DNA of 64,000 nt from an uncultured Ignavibacteriales bacterium. Lineage in GTDB: Bacteria > Zixibacteria > MSB-5A5 > GN15 > FEB-12. A model generated the notes under the pieces. That model did not search any database. It saw only the letters and a program-made list of their open reading frames with translations, and was not told where the DNA came from. The translations under genes and the position numbers were made by a program. Positions 55,648-64,000 of the stretch are shown piece after piece; the stretch's first letter is position 1, and each line of letters opens with the position of its first letter. Location of the stretch: NCBI GenBank assembly GCA_964518635.1, contig CAZFGK010000003.1, forward strand, positions 30,338 through 94,337. Direction: 5' to 3'.

Positions 55648-57051
55648 ATGCTTCCCGAGATCATCGTTGTAATTACAGCGATAGCAACCCTCCTGGTCGA
55701 TCTCTTCCTCTCGAAAGATCGGAAGCAGATGTTGTATCCGATGGTCGTGCTCTTCTTAACAGCAGCGATTGTCGCTTTGATCACGATGCTTCCGGAACAA
55801 TCAACCGCATTTGGTGGGAGATTTCTGGTCAGCCCACTCACGACGTGGTTCAAGATTCTTTTTCTCTCAGGAGGTTCGTTTACGGTGCTGCTGGCATGGG
55901 GATGTAAGAATCATGAACGAATCGCATCCCCCGGCGAGTTTCTGACGATCCTCTTGTTCACTCAAGTTGGCATGATGCTTCTCATCTCAGCAACCGAACT
56001 GATCACACTCTATCTTGGACTTGAACTCTCTACGCTTCCCTTGTTTGCGCTTGTCGCATGGAAAAAGCGAAATCTGCAATCAGGAGAGGCGGGGCTGAAG
56101 TACATCGTCTATGGTGCAATGGCATCCGGGATCATTCTCTACGGTTTAAGTCTTCTCTATGGAACGACCGGTCAGATGTCGCTAAGCATGATTCGCGAAA
56201 CCGTAGTCAATTCTCCCATCGTCATGTTTGCTCTTGGGCTACTCGTCGCAGGGATTGGATTCAAGCTGACGCTGGCCCCTTTTCATTTCTGGGCAGCTGA
56301 TGTCTATCAAGGGGCACCGACAGTAGTGACAACCTATCTGTCAGTTTCATCGAAAGCTGCCGGGCTGGCTTTCATGTTTCAGATATTTGCATCAATCTTC
56401 GCGTTCCAACTCCAGGACATGCAGTGGCTGATTGCGATTATCGCAACGGCGACCATGACGCTTGGGAATCTGGTCGCAATTGTCCAACGTGACATCAAAC
56501 GATTCATGGCCTTCAGTTCGATTTCTCAGGCAGGAAATCTTATTCTGGGATTCCTCGGCCCATTTCCTGAAGGGGGGGGCGGAATGATCTTTTATCTCTT
56601 TGTCTTCATATTCACCAATATTGCAGTCTTCGGAGTAATCGTTCTGTATTCAGATGTCACCGGAAGAGCACAGATCGAGGACTATCGCGGGCTTTCACAA
56701 TCCAACCCGATCATTGCATTAGTCATCACCCTTGGGCTTTTCGGGTTGGCGGGAATTCCTCCTCTCGCCGGTTTTGTCGGTAAGTTCTTTCTGTTCAGCG
56801 TCGCGGCACAAGCCGGGATGTACTGGCTGGTTGCGGTCGCTGCTTTAAATGCAACAGTTTCTCTGTACTATTATCTTCGAGTTGTTCGCGCTATGTACAT
56901 CGAACCACCCGAATCTGACTGGACACCGATTTCGGCTCCACTACAAATCAAAGCCGCGCTTCTGCTGGCGAGTATCGGAACCGTATTACTTGGGGTGATA
57001 CCCTTTTTCTATGAATCGATACGCGCGGCATCGATTTCCTGGCTCAAGTAG
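55648..57051 (+). CDS. nuoN: Complex I subunit N (antiporter-like)
   Basis: The likely start is MLPEIIVVITAIATLLVDLF (ATG 55648); the ORF track GTG at 55606 overlaps nuoM. FKLTLAPFHFWAADVYQGAPTVVTTYLS. Confidence 0.9.
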   Translation: MLPEIIVVITAIATLLVDLFLSKDRKQMLYPMVVLFLTAAIVALITMLPEQSTAFGGRFLVSPLTTWFKILFLSGGSFTVLLAWGCKNHERIASPGEFLTILLFTQVGMMLLISATELITLYLGLELSTLPLFALVAWKKRNLQSGEAGLKYIVYGAMASGIILYGLSLLYGTTGQMSLSMIRETVVNSPIVMFALGLLVAGIGFKLTLAPFHFWAADVYQGAPTVVTTYLSVSSKAAGLAFMFQIFASIFAFQLQDMQWLIAIIATATMTLGNLVAIVQRDIKRFMAFSSISQAGNLILGFLGPFPEGGGGMIFYLFVFIFTNIAVFGVIVLYSDVTGRAQIEDYRGLSQSNPIIALVITLGLFGLAGIPPLAGFVGKFFLFSVAAQAGMYWLVAVAALNATVSLYYYLRVVRAMYIEPPESDWTPISAPLQIKAALLLASIGTVLLGVIPFFYESIRAASISWLK

Positions 57052-57145
57052 CTCACACGACTGAGATTCACTTCTTTTTCCGAAGCTAGAAACTTCTTCT
57101 ATTGATGCAATTGCCTTATCTCAATGGACACAATATCTTCCCAAC

Positions 57146-58435
57146 ATGACGACTATCGCCCAAATCGCAGCAAAAGTATCTCTTGGCCTTCATGACGAGT
57201 TTTCCCCGCTACGTGCGGTCATGCTTCATCGTCCCGGCGCAGAATGGGATATGATTCGTGTCTCGGAGGGATTACCAAAAGAGTATCTGGTCGAGGATGT
57301 CGTCTATCGCCCTCAAGCCGCTCATGATCATGGGGAATTCGCCGCCTGTCTGGCGCACGTCGCAGGTTCGGCCCATGTCCATGAATTCGAAACACTGCTG
57401 GCGGAGATTCTTGCCACCCGCGATGTCCGCAGTGATCTGATCGGGGCGGTCTGCGCCACTGAACGACTCGGCTTTGCAACTCATGATTTCCTGATGTCGC
57501 CGTCGATCTCTACACAGAATCTGGCGAATCTGCTGATCACCGGGGCGATTCATCCCGAGGACCCCGGTCATAGCGACCACCGAGTATTTTTCCGACCACT
57601 TCCCAACCTGATGTTCACCCGTGATATCGGTATTGTTTTCGGTACTCGGTTGATTCTTTCACAGCAATCGAAACCGGCTCGCATGCGTGAGGGGCTTCTT
57701 GCCACGTACGTCTTTCGCTTTCATCCACTCTTCAGTTCCCTCTCGTTGATTGATCTTCGTGATGATCGAATCTCGGATGCTACAGAAAGCGCGACCCTTG
57801 AAGGAGGGGATGTGCTCGTCTTTGACGCACGGACACTGGTCATCGGACAAAGTGAACGGTCAAGTATGACTGCCATTCGTCATCTTGCCCTTCGGTTACT
57901 TCGAGAGAAGGCCATCGACAGAGTGATTGCGGTAAAACTGCCGAAAGAGCGTTCGACGATGCATCTTGATACGGTCTTTACGATCATCGGCCCCGGGCAT
58001 TGCGTCTATTTCCCCCCACTGTTCGATCCAAGGAGCAACGGATGCGCTGAATGTGACCTGATCGAATTGTCCGGCGATACACTCGTAACCTCAACGACAC
58101 GTGATGGGCTCTTCGTCCTGCTTGAGCGTTGCGGGATCACCTTTGATGTCCGTATCCCCTGTGGCGGCGAAATTCCTCTCTTTCAAATGCGCGAGCAGTG
58201 GACCGACGGCGCAAATCTTTTTGCGGCTCGCCCCCATTGTGCATTTGTATATGAGCGGAATGTCGAGACATTACGTGCCGCAAAAAAGGCCGGATATCGA
58301 ATACTCACCCCAAAAGAATTTCTCGATTCTGACCCATCGAAAAATGAATGGACATGGATAACTCTGAACGGCTCAGAACTTTCCCGCGGTCGCGGCGGTG
58401 CACGCTGCATGACGATGCCCCTGTCACGCGGGTAA
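57146..58435 (+). CDS. arcA: Arginine deiminase
   Basis: LRAVMLHRPG, NLMFTRD, LEGGDVLVF, TMHLDTVFT and the catalytic-Cys motif GGARCMTMPLSR at the C-terminus. Confidence 0.8.
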   Translation: MTTIAQIAAKVSLGLHDEFSPLRAVMLHRPGAEWDMIRVSEGLPKEYLVEDVVYRPQAAHDHGEFAACLAHVAGSAHVHEFETLLAEILATRDVRSDLIGAVCATERLGFATHDFLMSPSISTQNLANLLITGAIHPEDPGHSDHRVFFRPLPNLMFTRDIGIVFGTRLILSQQSKPARMREGLLATYVFRFHPLFSSLSLIDLRDDRISDATESATLEGGDVLVFDARTLVIGQSERSSMTAIRHLALRLLREKAIDRVIAVKLPKERSTMHLDTVFTIIGPGHCVYFPPLFDPRSNGCAECDLIELSGDTLVTSTTRDGLFVLLERCGITFDVRIPCGGEIPLFQMREQWTDGANLFAARPHCAFVYERNVETLRAAKKAGYRILTPKEFLDSDPSKNEWTWITLNGSELSRGRGGARCMTMPLSRG

Positions 58436-58440
58436 TCTAT

Positions 58441-58469
58441 TCGTCGACTCATAAGTAGACGATTTTTTT
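58441..58469 (+). terminator. Possible intrinsic terminator after arcA
   Basis: tcgtc...gacga forms a short stem with a 12-nt loop, followed by a T7 run. Confidence 0.4.
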
Positions 58470-58582
58470 GTCCAGATTATTCACGTATTCTCATCAGAAA
58501 TTTTCCGCAATCATTCTTGCAACATGACCAGATTCATTGTTGATTTGATTCAAACTCATGTTCTGAAACGGATGTATGTGCT

Positions 58583-59875
58583 ATGACCTGGCAATCTGAA
58601 TATCAAGCAAAGCTGACCACCGCCGACAAAGCTGTCGGTGTCGTACAAACCGGACATCGCGTCTATTACAGCGGCAATGCCGCAACCCCCTATCCGCTGA
58701 TTGAAGCACTCACTCATCGCACAGACGTACGTGATGTCGAACTCAATCATGTCCTCTTGTTTGGCAAAGACCCGATTGCAGGAGCTGAATTCGAAGGAAG
58801 ATTCCGTCACAATTCATTGTTCGTCGGCCCTGCCGATCGCGCCGCGGTGAATTCCGGACGGGCTGATTATGTTCCGGTCTTTCTCTTTCAGATGCCGCGT
58901 CTGTTTCGTGAACGGCTCATCCCCCTTGATGTCGCCATCGTCCAGGTCTCACCGCCGGATAATCACGGCTTCTGCAGTTTCGGTGTCGAGTGTCTCGCCA
59001 CACGCGCCGCTGTCGAATGCGCACCGATTGTTATTGCACAGGTGAATGAAAAAATGCCGCGAGTTCTAGGCGACGCCTTTGTGCATGTCTCGCAGTTGTC
59101 ACATATCGTGGAGCACAATGCACCACTACCGGAGTTGCCGCGACGATCGGTCAGTGATGTCGAACAGCGGATCGCTTCATTCATAGCCCCGATGATCGAA
59201 GATGGCTCGACACTGCAGCTTGGAATTGGCGGAATACCGGATGCCGTGTTGAGTCTGTTAAATGATCGTCGCGACCTCGGCATTCATACCGAAATGGTCT
59301 CCGATGGCGTCATGGCGGCAATCGAGCGCGGTATCATTACCGGCGCAAAGAAGACGCTGCACAAAGACAAAGTGGTAATCACTTTCGCTCTCGGAAGTGC
59401 TGCATTGTACGAATACATTCACAATAACCCACGATTCGAAGCCCACCCTGCAGAGTATGTCAATGATCCTCGCGTGATCGCCGCCAATGACAATCTCGTC
59501 GCGATTAATTCTGCGATGGAAGTCGATCTGACGGGTCAAGTGTGCTCAGATTCGATTGGCCCTGCAATCTACTCCGGATTTGGTGGTCAGGTCGATTTCA
59601 TACGTGGTGCTGCACGTTCCAAAAATGGAAAGCCGATCATCGCCTTGTCAGCAACCGCAAAAGATGGTGCCCTCTCGCGCATTGTCCCGATGCTGACACC
59701 GGGAGCAGGAGTGGTGACTACTCGCGCGGATGTGCATTACATCGCTACCGAATTTGGTATCGCGCATCTGTTCGGACGTAATCTGCGACAGCGCGCTGAA
59801 GCGTTGATCAATATCGCACATCCGAATTTCCGCGCAGAGCTGACCCAAGCCGCCAAGGAGCGAAAACTGCTGTAG
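58583..59875 (+). CDS. Acetyl-CoA hydrolase/transferase family protein (4-hydroxybutyrate/succinyl-CoA:acetate CoA-transferase-like)
   Basis: 430 aa. LQLGIGGIPDAVL, EVDLTGQVCSDS and SGFGGQVDFIRGA. Confidence 0.85.
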   Translation: MTWQSEYQAKLTTADKAVGVVQTGHRVYYSGNAATPYPLIEALTHRTDVRDVELNHVLLFGKDPIAGAEFEGRFRHNSLFVGPADRAAVNSGRADYVPVFLFQMPRLFRERLIPLDVAIVQVSPPDNHGFCSFGVECLATRAAVECAPIVIAQVNEKMPRVLGDAFVHVSQLSHIVEHNAPLPELPRRSVSDVEQRIASFIAPMIEDGSTLQLGIGGIPDAVLSLLNDRRDLGIHTEMVSDGVMAAIERGIITGAKKTLHKDKVVITFALGSAALYEYIHNNPRFEAHPAEYVNDPRVIAANDNLVAINSAMEVDLTGQVCSDSIGPAIYSGFGGQVDFIRGAARSKNGKPIIALSATAKDGALSRIVPMLTPGAGVVTTRADVHYIATEFGIAHLFGRNLRQRAEALINIAHPNFRAELTQAAKERKLL

Positions 59876-60067
59876 AGAAAATGATCCGAATTCGCAAATC
59901 TTCATGCTGAGCCTGTCGAAGCATCTTCTTCTCTTGATGCCCCACATCACTAATGCGAGTTCCCGTCTCTTTCTTCGGTGCCCCACAGTAGTGGGCGGCA
60001 GGCGCCCTCGCCTGCCCCTCTACCTCTTTGTTGACTCACTTCACCTCCCACTTCTAGCTTCACCCCC

Positions 60068-60616
60068 ATGAAAACTACCCTCCTTCTCATCGTTCTCATC
60101 CTCTGTGTCGGTTGCGGCGCACGTGTTACCGAAACTCCAAAGAGCGACAACACATCTGAAAGTAGCATGACCGAACCGAAATTTGATTCCGTCCTTGCAG
60201 CACGTCTTGGCGCGGATGACTACGGCATGAAGGCCTACATCATGGTCTATCTCTTGCCGGGAAATCCTGCTGCATCTGACTCACTTACCCCTGAGCGGAA
60301 TCAGGAATTGCAGATGCTGCATTTGAAACATCTCTTTGCACAGGCAGAAGAAGGGAAGATGGTACTGGTCGGTCCGATGATGCAGATGGCGAAACCGGAT
60401 ACAACGCAGAATCCAAACAGCGCGCTGCGCTCAGTCAGCGGAATCTGTGTCTATGATTGTTCGTATGAAGAGGCGAAGATGCGAGCAAATGCCGACCCGC
60501 GGGTGATTGCCGGACAACTGGTGGTGGAAAGCTACCCCTGGTACGGCAGCGCAGCGCTGGGAATGGTCCCGGAAGTGTCAGAGAAGATTACGAAGAAGTC
60601 GGTGATGGGGGAGTAG
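60068..60616 (+). CDS. Lipoprotein with a YciI-like domain
   Basis: Lipobox LILCVGCGA. The YciI-like core is MKAYIMVYLL...HLKHLFAQAEEGKMVLVGP...EEAKMRANADP...ESYPWYG. Confidence 0.6.
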   Translation: MKTTLLLIVLILCVGCGARVTETPKSDNTSESSMTEPKFDSVLAARLGADDYGMKAYIMVYLLPGNPAASDSLTPERNQELQMLHLKHLFAQAEEGKMVLVGPMMQMAKPDTTQNPNSALRSVSGICVYDCSYEEAKMRANADPRVIAGQLVVESYPWYGSAALGMVPEVSEKITKKSVMGE

Positions 60617-60624
60617 GCGGGGGG

Positions 60625-61473
60625 TTACAGGGAGAAGCCCGATTCGGAGTCCATAACAGGTTCAATTCCGAGGTACTCCTTATAAATACGATGCTTGTAT
60701 TCTTTGCCTATTTCATTTACCGCTTCAATAAATGCCTGATACGTACCAGAACCTCCTATTTTGTCCCAAAACTCCATGCCTATCAATACTACAGCATCAT
60801 TCTTCATATCAAACCATCTTCCCGGAAAAGGCCAATCATACATGTCCCTGGTTCCGAACGGATTGTATGGAAGTGCGTAATAGGCAAGATCAATTTGAGG
60901 TGGCTCCATTGCAAAGAGCTTCAAGAGTTTCTCTTTGCTTACTTTCGTCTGATCACTATTTGGCAGTGGTGCTTTGAGCTCAAAAGCAAGTTTGCTACCA
61001 CTTTTTACATCCTCGGCATATACGTCACAGATGACAGTAACAGGAATTTTCTTCTCTGACTTTCCTTCAAGTACAAAAGCAAGTTCCTGATTCCAATTTG
61101 GCTTTACTCGATCCTGTCCCTTCTTTGGATGCTCGAGTCTGTCAAGAACTTCTTGGATTCTACGCAATCGCTCTTCATTCACCACCCCGCGTATGTTCCT
61201 ACCCAATTCACCGAAACCTACTCCAAGTCTTGCGGACTCAACTGCGAGCTTTTCCCAAACACCGCCGAATGGTGTGACAAATCTTCTCTCAAAATGCGAA
61301 CCCTTAAATATTTCGTCTGGTACCAACGCAGCATACAGTGGTTTGTTCGCACGGTGAGTCTCCTTGATAAAGGGGTCTCTTGACAGAACATTTTCCATCA
61401 CCCTATCCATTAGCGACTTAATAATGGCCTGGATGGCATGCTTCTTCCCTTCGTCAGTCATGACTTTTCCCAT
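60625..61473 (-). CDS. Putative type II restriction endonuclease (PD-(D/E)xK; TdeIII-like by recollection)
   Basis: 282 aa, overlapping the upstream methyltransferase by 16 nt. Candidate catalytic motif ICDVYAEDVKSGSKLAFELKAP (D...ExK). By eye the region is more AT-rich than its flanks. Confidence 0.55.
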   Translation of the reverse strand: MGKVMTDEGKKHAIQAIIKSLMDRVMENVLSRDPFIKETHRANKPLYAALVPDEIFKGSHFERRFVTPFGGVWEKLAVESARLGVGFGELGRNIRGVVNEERLRRIQEVLDRLEHPKKGQDRVKPNWNQELAFVLEGKSEKKIPVTVICDVYAEDVKSGSKLAFELKAPLPNSDQTKVSKEKLLKLFAMEPPQIDLAYYALPYNPFGTRDMYDWPFPGRWFDMKNDAVVLIGMEFWDKIGGSGTYQAFIEAVNEIGKEYKHRIYKEYLGIEPVMDSESGFSL

Positions 61474-62651
61474 ATCAAAATGCTCTCATAGAATGCACCT
61501 TCTCGCATACCTGTTCTACGATTTACATGCCTATCGACTCTTCCGATTTCTTTGAAACCACAATCAGTTGCATTGTAGAGCTTATACTTGTCATTTACCA
61601 CAATCAGTGCCAACCCTTTGCGCTTCATAAAAGTTCTCGTATGTAGAAATACTCTGTTCATAGATTCAATATACTGCCTCTTGGCTTCGACACTCTGTCC
61701 ATTCTTTGCAGGACCAATTTCTTGCTTTTCCAAGTTCGGTAATTCTAGCAATTCGTACGCATACCTGTGTTGCTCATGGTAGTCAATTAGTCCGATATAT
61801 GGGGGAGATGTAAAGACAAGATCTATACCTGTTGGAAGCTCGACAGTTCTTGAATCCGCATGCTGTATAGTTACCCCGACATTTTTCCTAAGTTTTGTGA
61901 ACTCTTTTACCCTCTCCAGCGTATCTAGCGTATATCTATATATAAACTTGTATGCTTCATCGACAGGCTTACAAGTACGACGATGCTTGAAACATTCGTA
62001 AGGTAGGCGTTGAGGGGACTTTGGGAAATCCAACTCATAATGAGTGACCAATCGTGCAGAACGAGCTGATCTTGATAATACTATTTTAAACAATTCTTGA
62101 TAAAAATAGTCCTTGATGAGTTTACGAAAACAAAGGAGATCTTTGCGACTCTGTTCAGCAAACCAATCATTGAGATACGTGTTTTCGGTTGTTAACTTTC
62201 CCGCCAGTATCTTATCTGAGTAGAATTCCTGTCTGTAAGTCCTCAGCCTGATCAGAATATCATTCACTTCACGTTCAAGAAGTGAGATGTCGTACTGAGC
62301 GGTTTTTGCTTTGCCTAACATGACATTAAAGGCCGAAATATCAGTGCCAATGGATTCAATTCCAAGCGTCGCGGATTCTACTAGAGTAGTCCCACTTCCC
62401 GAGAAAGGGTCGTAAACGAATCTAGGCTTATATTTGCGTAGGAAAATCTCAACGAGTTGAGGTATGAACTTGCCGAGATATGGATGAAGTCTATGCACGT
62501 GCTTCGTTCGTTTGAATTCTGGAAGATCTCGTTCTCGCCAATTTAGGTTGAGGGTAGAGAGGTCAGTCAAGGGAGTGATACTCTCAAAGTCAACTAGCGG
62601 CTGTTCGCGATACTGATTCGCTATCTTCTGCGCAATAATGTTGTCGTACAC
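61458..62651 (-). CDS. DNA methyltransferase, amino-MTase with SPPY motif (N4-cytosine or N6-adenine), alpha-type motif order
   Basis: 397 aa, GTG start. Motif I VYDPFSGSGTTLVES near aa 82 and motif IV FTSPPYIGLIDY near aa 292, with about 200 aa (the presumed TRD) between them. Confidence 0.8.
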   Translation of the reverse strand: MYDNIIAQKIANQYREQPLVDFESITPLTDLSTLNLNWRERDLPEFKRTKHVHRLHPYLGKFIPQLVEIFLRKYKPRFVYDPFSGSGTTLVESATLGIESIGTDISAFNVMLGKAKTAQYDISLLEREVNDILIRLRTYRQEFYSDKILAGKLTTENTYLNDWFAEQSRKDLLCFRKLIKDYFYQELFKIVLSRSARSARLVTHYELDFPKSPQRLPYECFKHRRTCKPVDEAYKFIYRYTLDTLERVKEFTKLRKNVGVTIQHADSRTVELPTGIDLVFTSPPYIGLIDYHEQHRYAYELLELPNLEKQEIGPAKNGQSVEAKRQYIESMNRVFLHTRTFMKRKGLALIVVNDKYKLYNATDCGFKEIGRVDRHVNRRTGMREGAFYESILIWEKS

Positions 62652-62776
62652 TTACAGATCGTCCCTTCTTGCAATCCGACCTCTTGCCACTCCAGCGGAT
62701 ATGGCAAACACAAAAACAAAATTACTATGTGTAAAAGCAGCTAAGTCAATCACATTTAAGCCCCCTCTACCCCCCC

Positions 62777-63958
62777 CTACCCCCTCACCCTCTCTCCCAC
62801 TCTTTCAAACGCTCCCTGCAGATCGGCAATCAAATCAGCTTGGTCCTCGAGGCCGACGGACAAGCGCACGAGGCCGTCGGTGATTCCGTTCGCGAGGCGG
62901 ACATCCCGGGGTATTGAAGCGTGTGTCATCGCTGCCGGATGATTGATCAGCGATTCCACCCCACCCAGTGATTCGGCTAGCACGAAAACTTCCGTCGCCG
63001 TACAAAACGCCTTCACCCGCTCGAAATCGGCATCAATGTAAAATGAGATCATCCCGCCGCCATATTTCATCCCATTCGGCAGCGGTTTGCCATCGAGACC
63101 CGGATACATGACGGAAGTCACCATTGGCACGGTTTTGAGAAACTCCGCGACTGCTCTAGCATTGTGACAATGACGTTCCATACGCACGGCGAGTGTTTTC
63201 AATCCGCGCTGCACCAGCCATGATTCAAACGGTCCAAGCATCCCACCGACGGCATATTGATTGAAGCGAAGTTTTTCAGCGAGGGATTCGTCGTTGCACA
63301 TCAGTGCTCCGGCGATGACATCACAATGCCCGCCTAAATACTTCGAGGCTGAGTGATGGACTACATCGGCACCCAGATCAAGCGGGCGCTGCAGCCAGGG
63401 GGATGCAAAGGTATTATCAACGCCAACGAGTATCGCGCCGTGCTCGCTGCGGTGCGCAATTTTCACAACGGCTGCAATATCGATCAGTTGCAGCAGCGGG
63501 TTGGTCGGCGTTTCAAACCAGATCAACCGCGTGTTCGGCTTGATCGCCGCCGCGAATGATTCCGGTGAACCCTGCACATACGAAAAATCGAGATTGAAAT
63601 TCCGCATCACTCGTTCAAACAATCTGCGCGTACCGCCATAGAGATCCTGCGCAGCGATCACATGATCGCCGGATTTCAAGGTATGCAGCACGGCAGTCAG
63701 TGCCGCCAGACCAGAGGCGTAGGCGTAGGCAAAGCGGGCATTCTCGATAAGAGCGAGTCCTTCTTCGAGCGCCTGACGAGTCGGATTCCCCCAGCGGGAA
63801 TAGACATACCCCGATTCATCACCGGGAAATTCTACGCGATAGGTAGAAGAGGGATAGATCGGCGTAGTAACCGAGCGAGTGCCATCCTCCGGAACTTGTC
63901 CGGCATGAATTGCACGAGTAGCGAAACCTTTGGAACGGAGTTTGTCGGCGCGTGACAT
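62777..63958 (-). CDS. PLP-dependent transsulfuration enzyme (cystathionine gamma-synthase/gamma-lyase/beta-lyase family)
   Basis: 393 aa. TRAIHAGQ, YSRWGNPT and the PLP-lysine motif HSASKYLGGHCDVIAG. Confidence 0.85.
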   Translation of the reverse strand: MSRADKLRSKGFATRAIHAGQVPEDGTRSVTTPIYPSSTYRVEFPGDESGYVYSRWGNPTRQALEEGLALIENARFAYAYASGLAALTAVLHTLKSGDHVIAAQDLYGGTRRLFERVMRNFNLDFSYVQGSPESFAAAIKPNTRLIWFETPTNPLLQLIDIAAVVKIAHRSEHGAILVGVDNTFASPWLQRPLDLGADVVHHSASKYLGGHCDVIAGALMCNDESLAEKLRFNQYAVGGMLGPFESWLVQRGLKTLAVRMERHCHNARAVAEFLKTVPMVTSVMYPGLDGKPLPNGMKYGGGMISFYIDADFERVKAFCTATEVFVLAESLGGVESLINHPAAMTHASIPRDVRLANGITDGLVRLSVGLEDQADLIADLQGAFERVGERVRG

Positions 63959-64000
63959 TACAGGAGCCCTTTCTCGCGAAGCCAGTCGTCGTTGTAGACT
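63958..64000 (-). CDS. 3' end (13 codons plus stop) of an upstream gene truncated by the window edge
   Basis: Minus-strand reading gives ...VYNDDWLREKGLL then TAA. The stop shares one nucleotide with the ATG of the next gene (TAATG), which suggests an operon. Identity not determinable. Confidence 0.45.
   Translation of the reverse strand, partial: VYNDDWLREKGLL

Noticed and set aside
59990-60016. GC-rich hairpins (cccac-agta-gtggg and ggcaggcg-ccct-cgcctgcc) between the CoA-transferase and YciI genes as a terminator
   Set aside because: The stems are perfect but short, and no T-tract follows. Function cannot be supported beyond noting the structure.
60601-62790. G-rich (gggggagtaggcgggggg) and C-rich (ccccctctaccccccctaccccctc) stretches flanking the R-M module as terminal inverted repeats
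   Set aside because: Both stretches largely encode the C-termini and stops of the flanking genes. They align only loosely as homopolymer-like runs, so they are not convincing IRs.
1-64000. CRISPR arrays, rRNA genes, transposases/IS elements, prophage structural genes
   Set aside because: Scanning all intergenic spaces found no regularly spaced direct repeats and no rRNA-like sequence. No ORF has DDE or HUH transposase motifs or phage capsid/terminase motifs.

Overview
64-kb chromosomal window from a diderm (Gram-negative-type) bacterium. Gene content (SurA, lipoproteins, small beta-barrel OMPs, 11-subunit nuo, dockerin-like giant protein) suggests an uncultivated FCB-like lineage; this is inference only. 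I can support about 57 protein genes, one tRNA-Asn(GUU) and one tmRNA. I saw no rRNA, CRISPR array or transposase. Layout: (1) 1-4.6 kb is an integrase islet at tRNA-Asn carrying metal-efflux and permease cargo, with a pair of 32-nt direct repeats. (2) 5-17 kb holds envelope and housekeeping genes: a PDZ-only protein, hprK, two parvulin/SurA chaperones, an S4 protein, an AAA+/vWA pair, three tandem small OMP paralogs and a SulP transporter. (3) 17-24 kb holds two tandem transglutaminase-like paralogs, then tmRNA followed by a 1.4-kb islet closed by a decayed copy of the tmRNA 3' end. (4) 24-35 kb holds an HPP/methyltransferase pair, a divergent Ser/Thr kinase and GAF-PP2C phosphatase, and a ~1450-aa beta-helix/FG-GAP protein ending in two dockerin-like repeats. 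(5) 35-39 kb is an uncharacterised NapH-like FeS membrane protein followed by two exported unknowns. (6) 39.5-57 kb is the most notable block. A split PFOR lies divergent from a single co-directional run of YfhL-type ferredoxin, korAB and nuoABCDHIJKLMN. This is Complex I without the NuoEFG NADH module, and NuoB and NuoI carry unusual tails. (7) 57-64 kb holds arginine deiminase, a CoA-transferase, an exported YciI, a visibly AT-richer restriction-modification pair, and a transsulfuration enzyme. All calls rest on reading the translated ORFs and the DNA by eye. No database search or computation was run.
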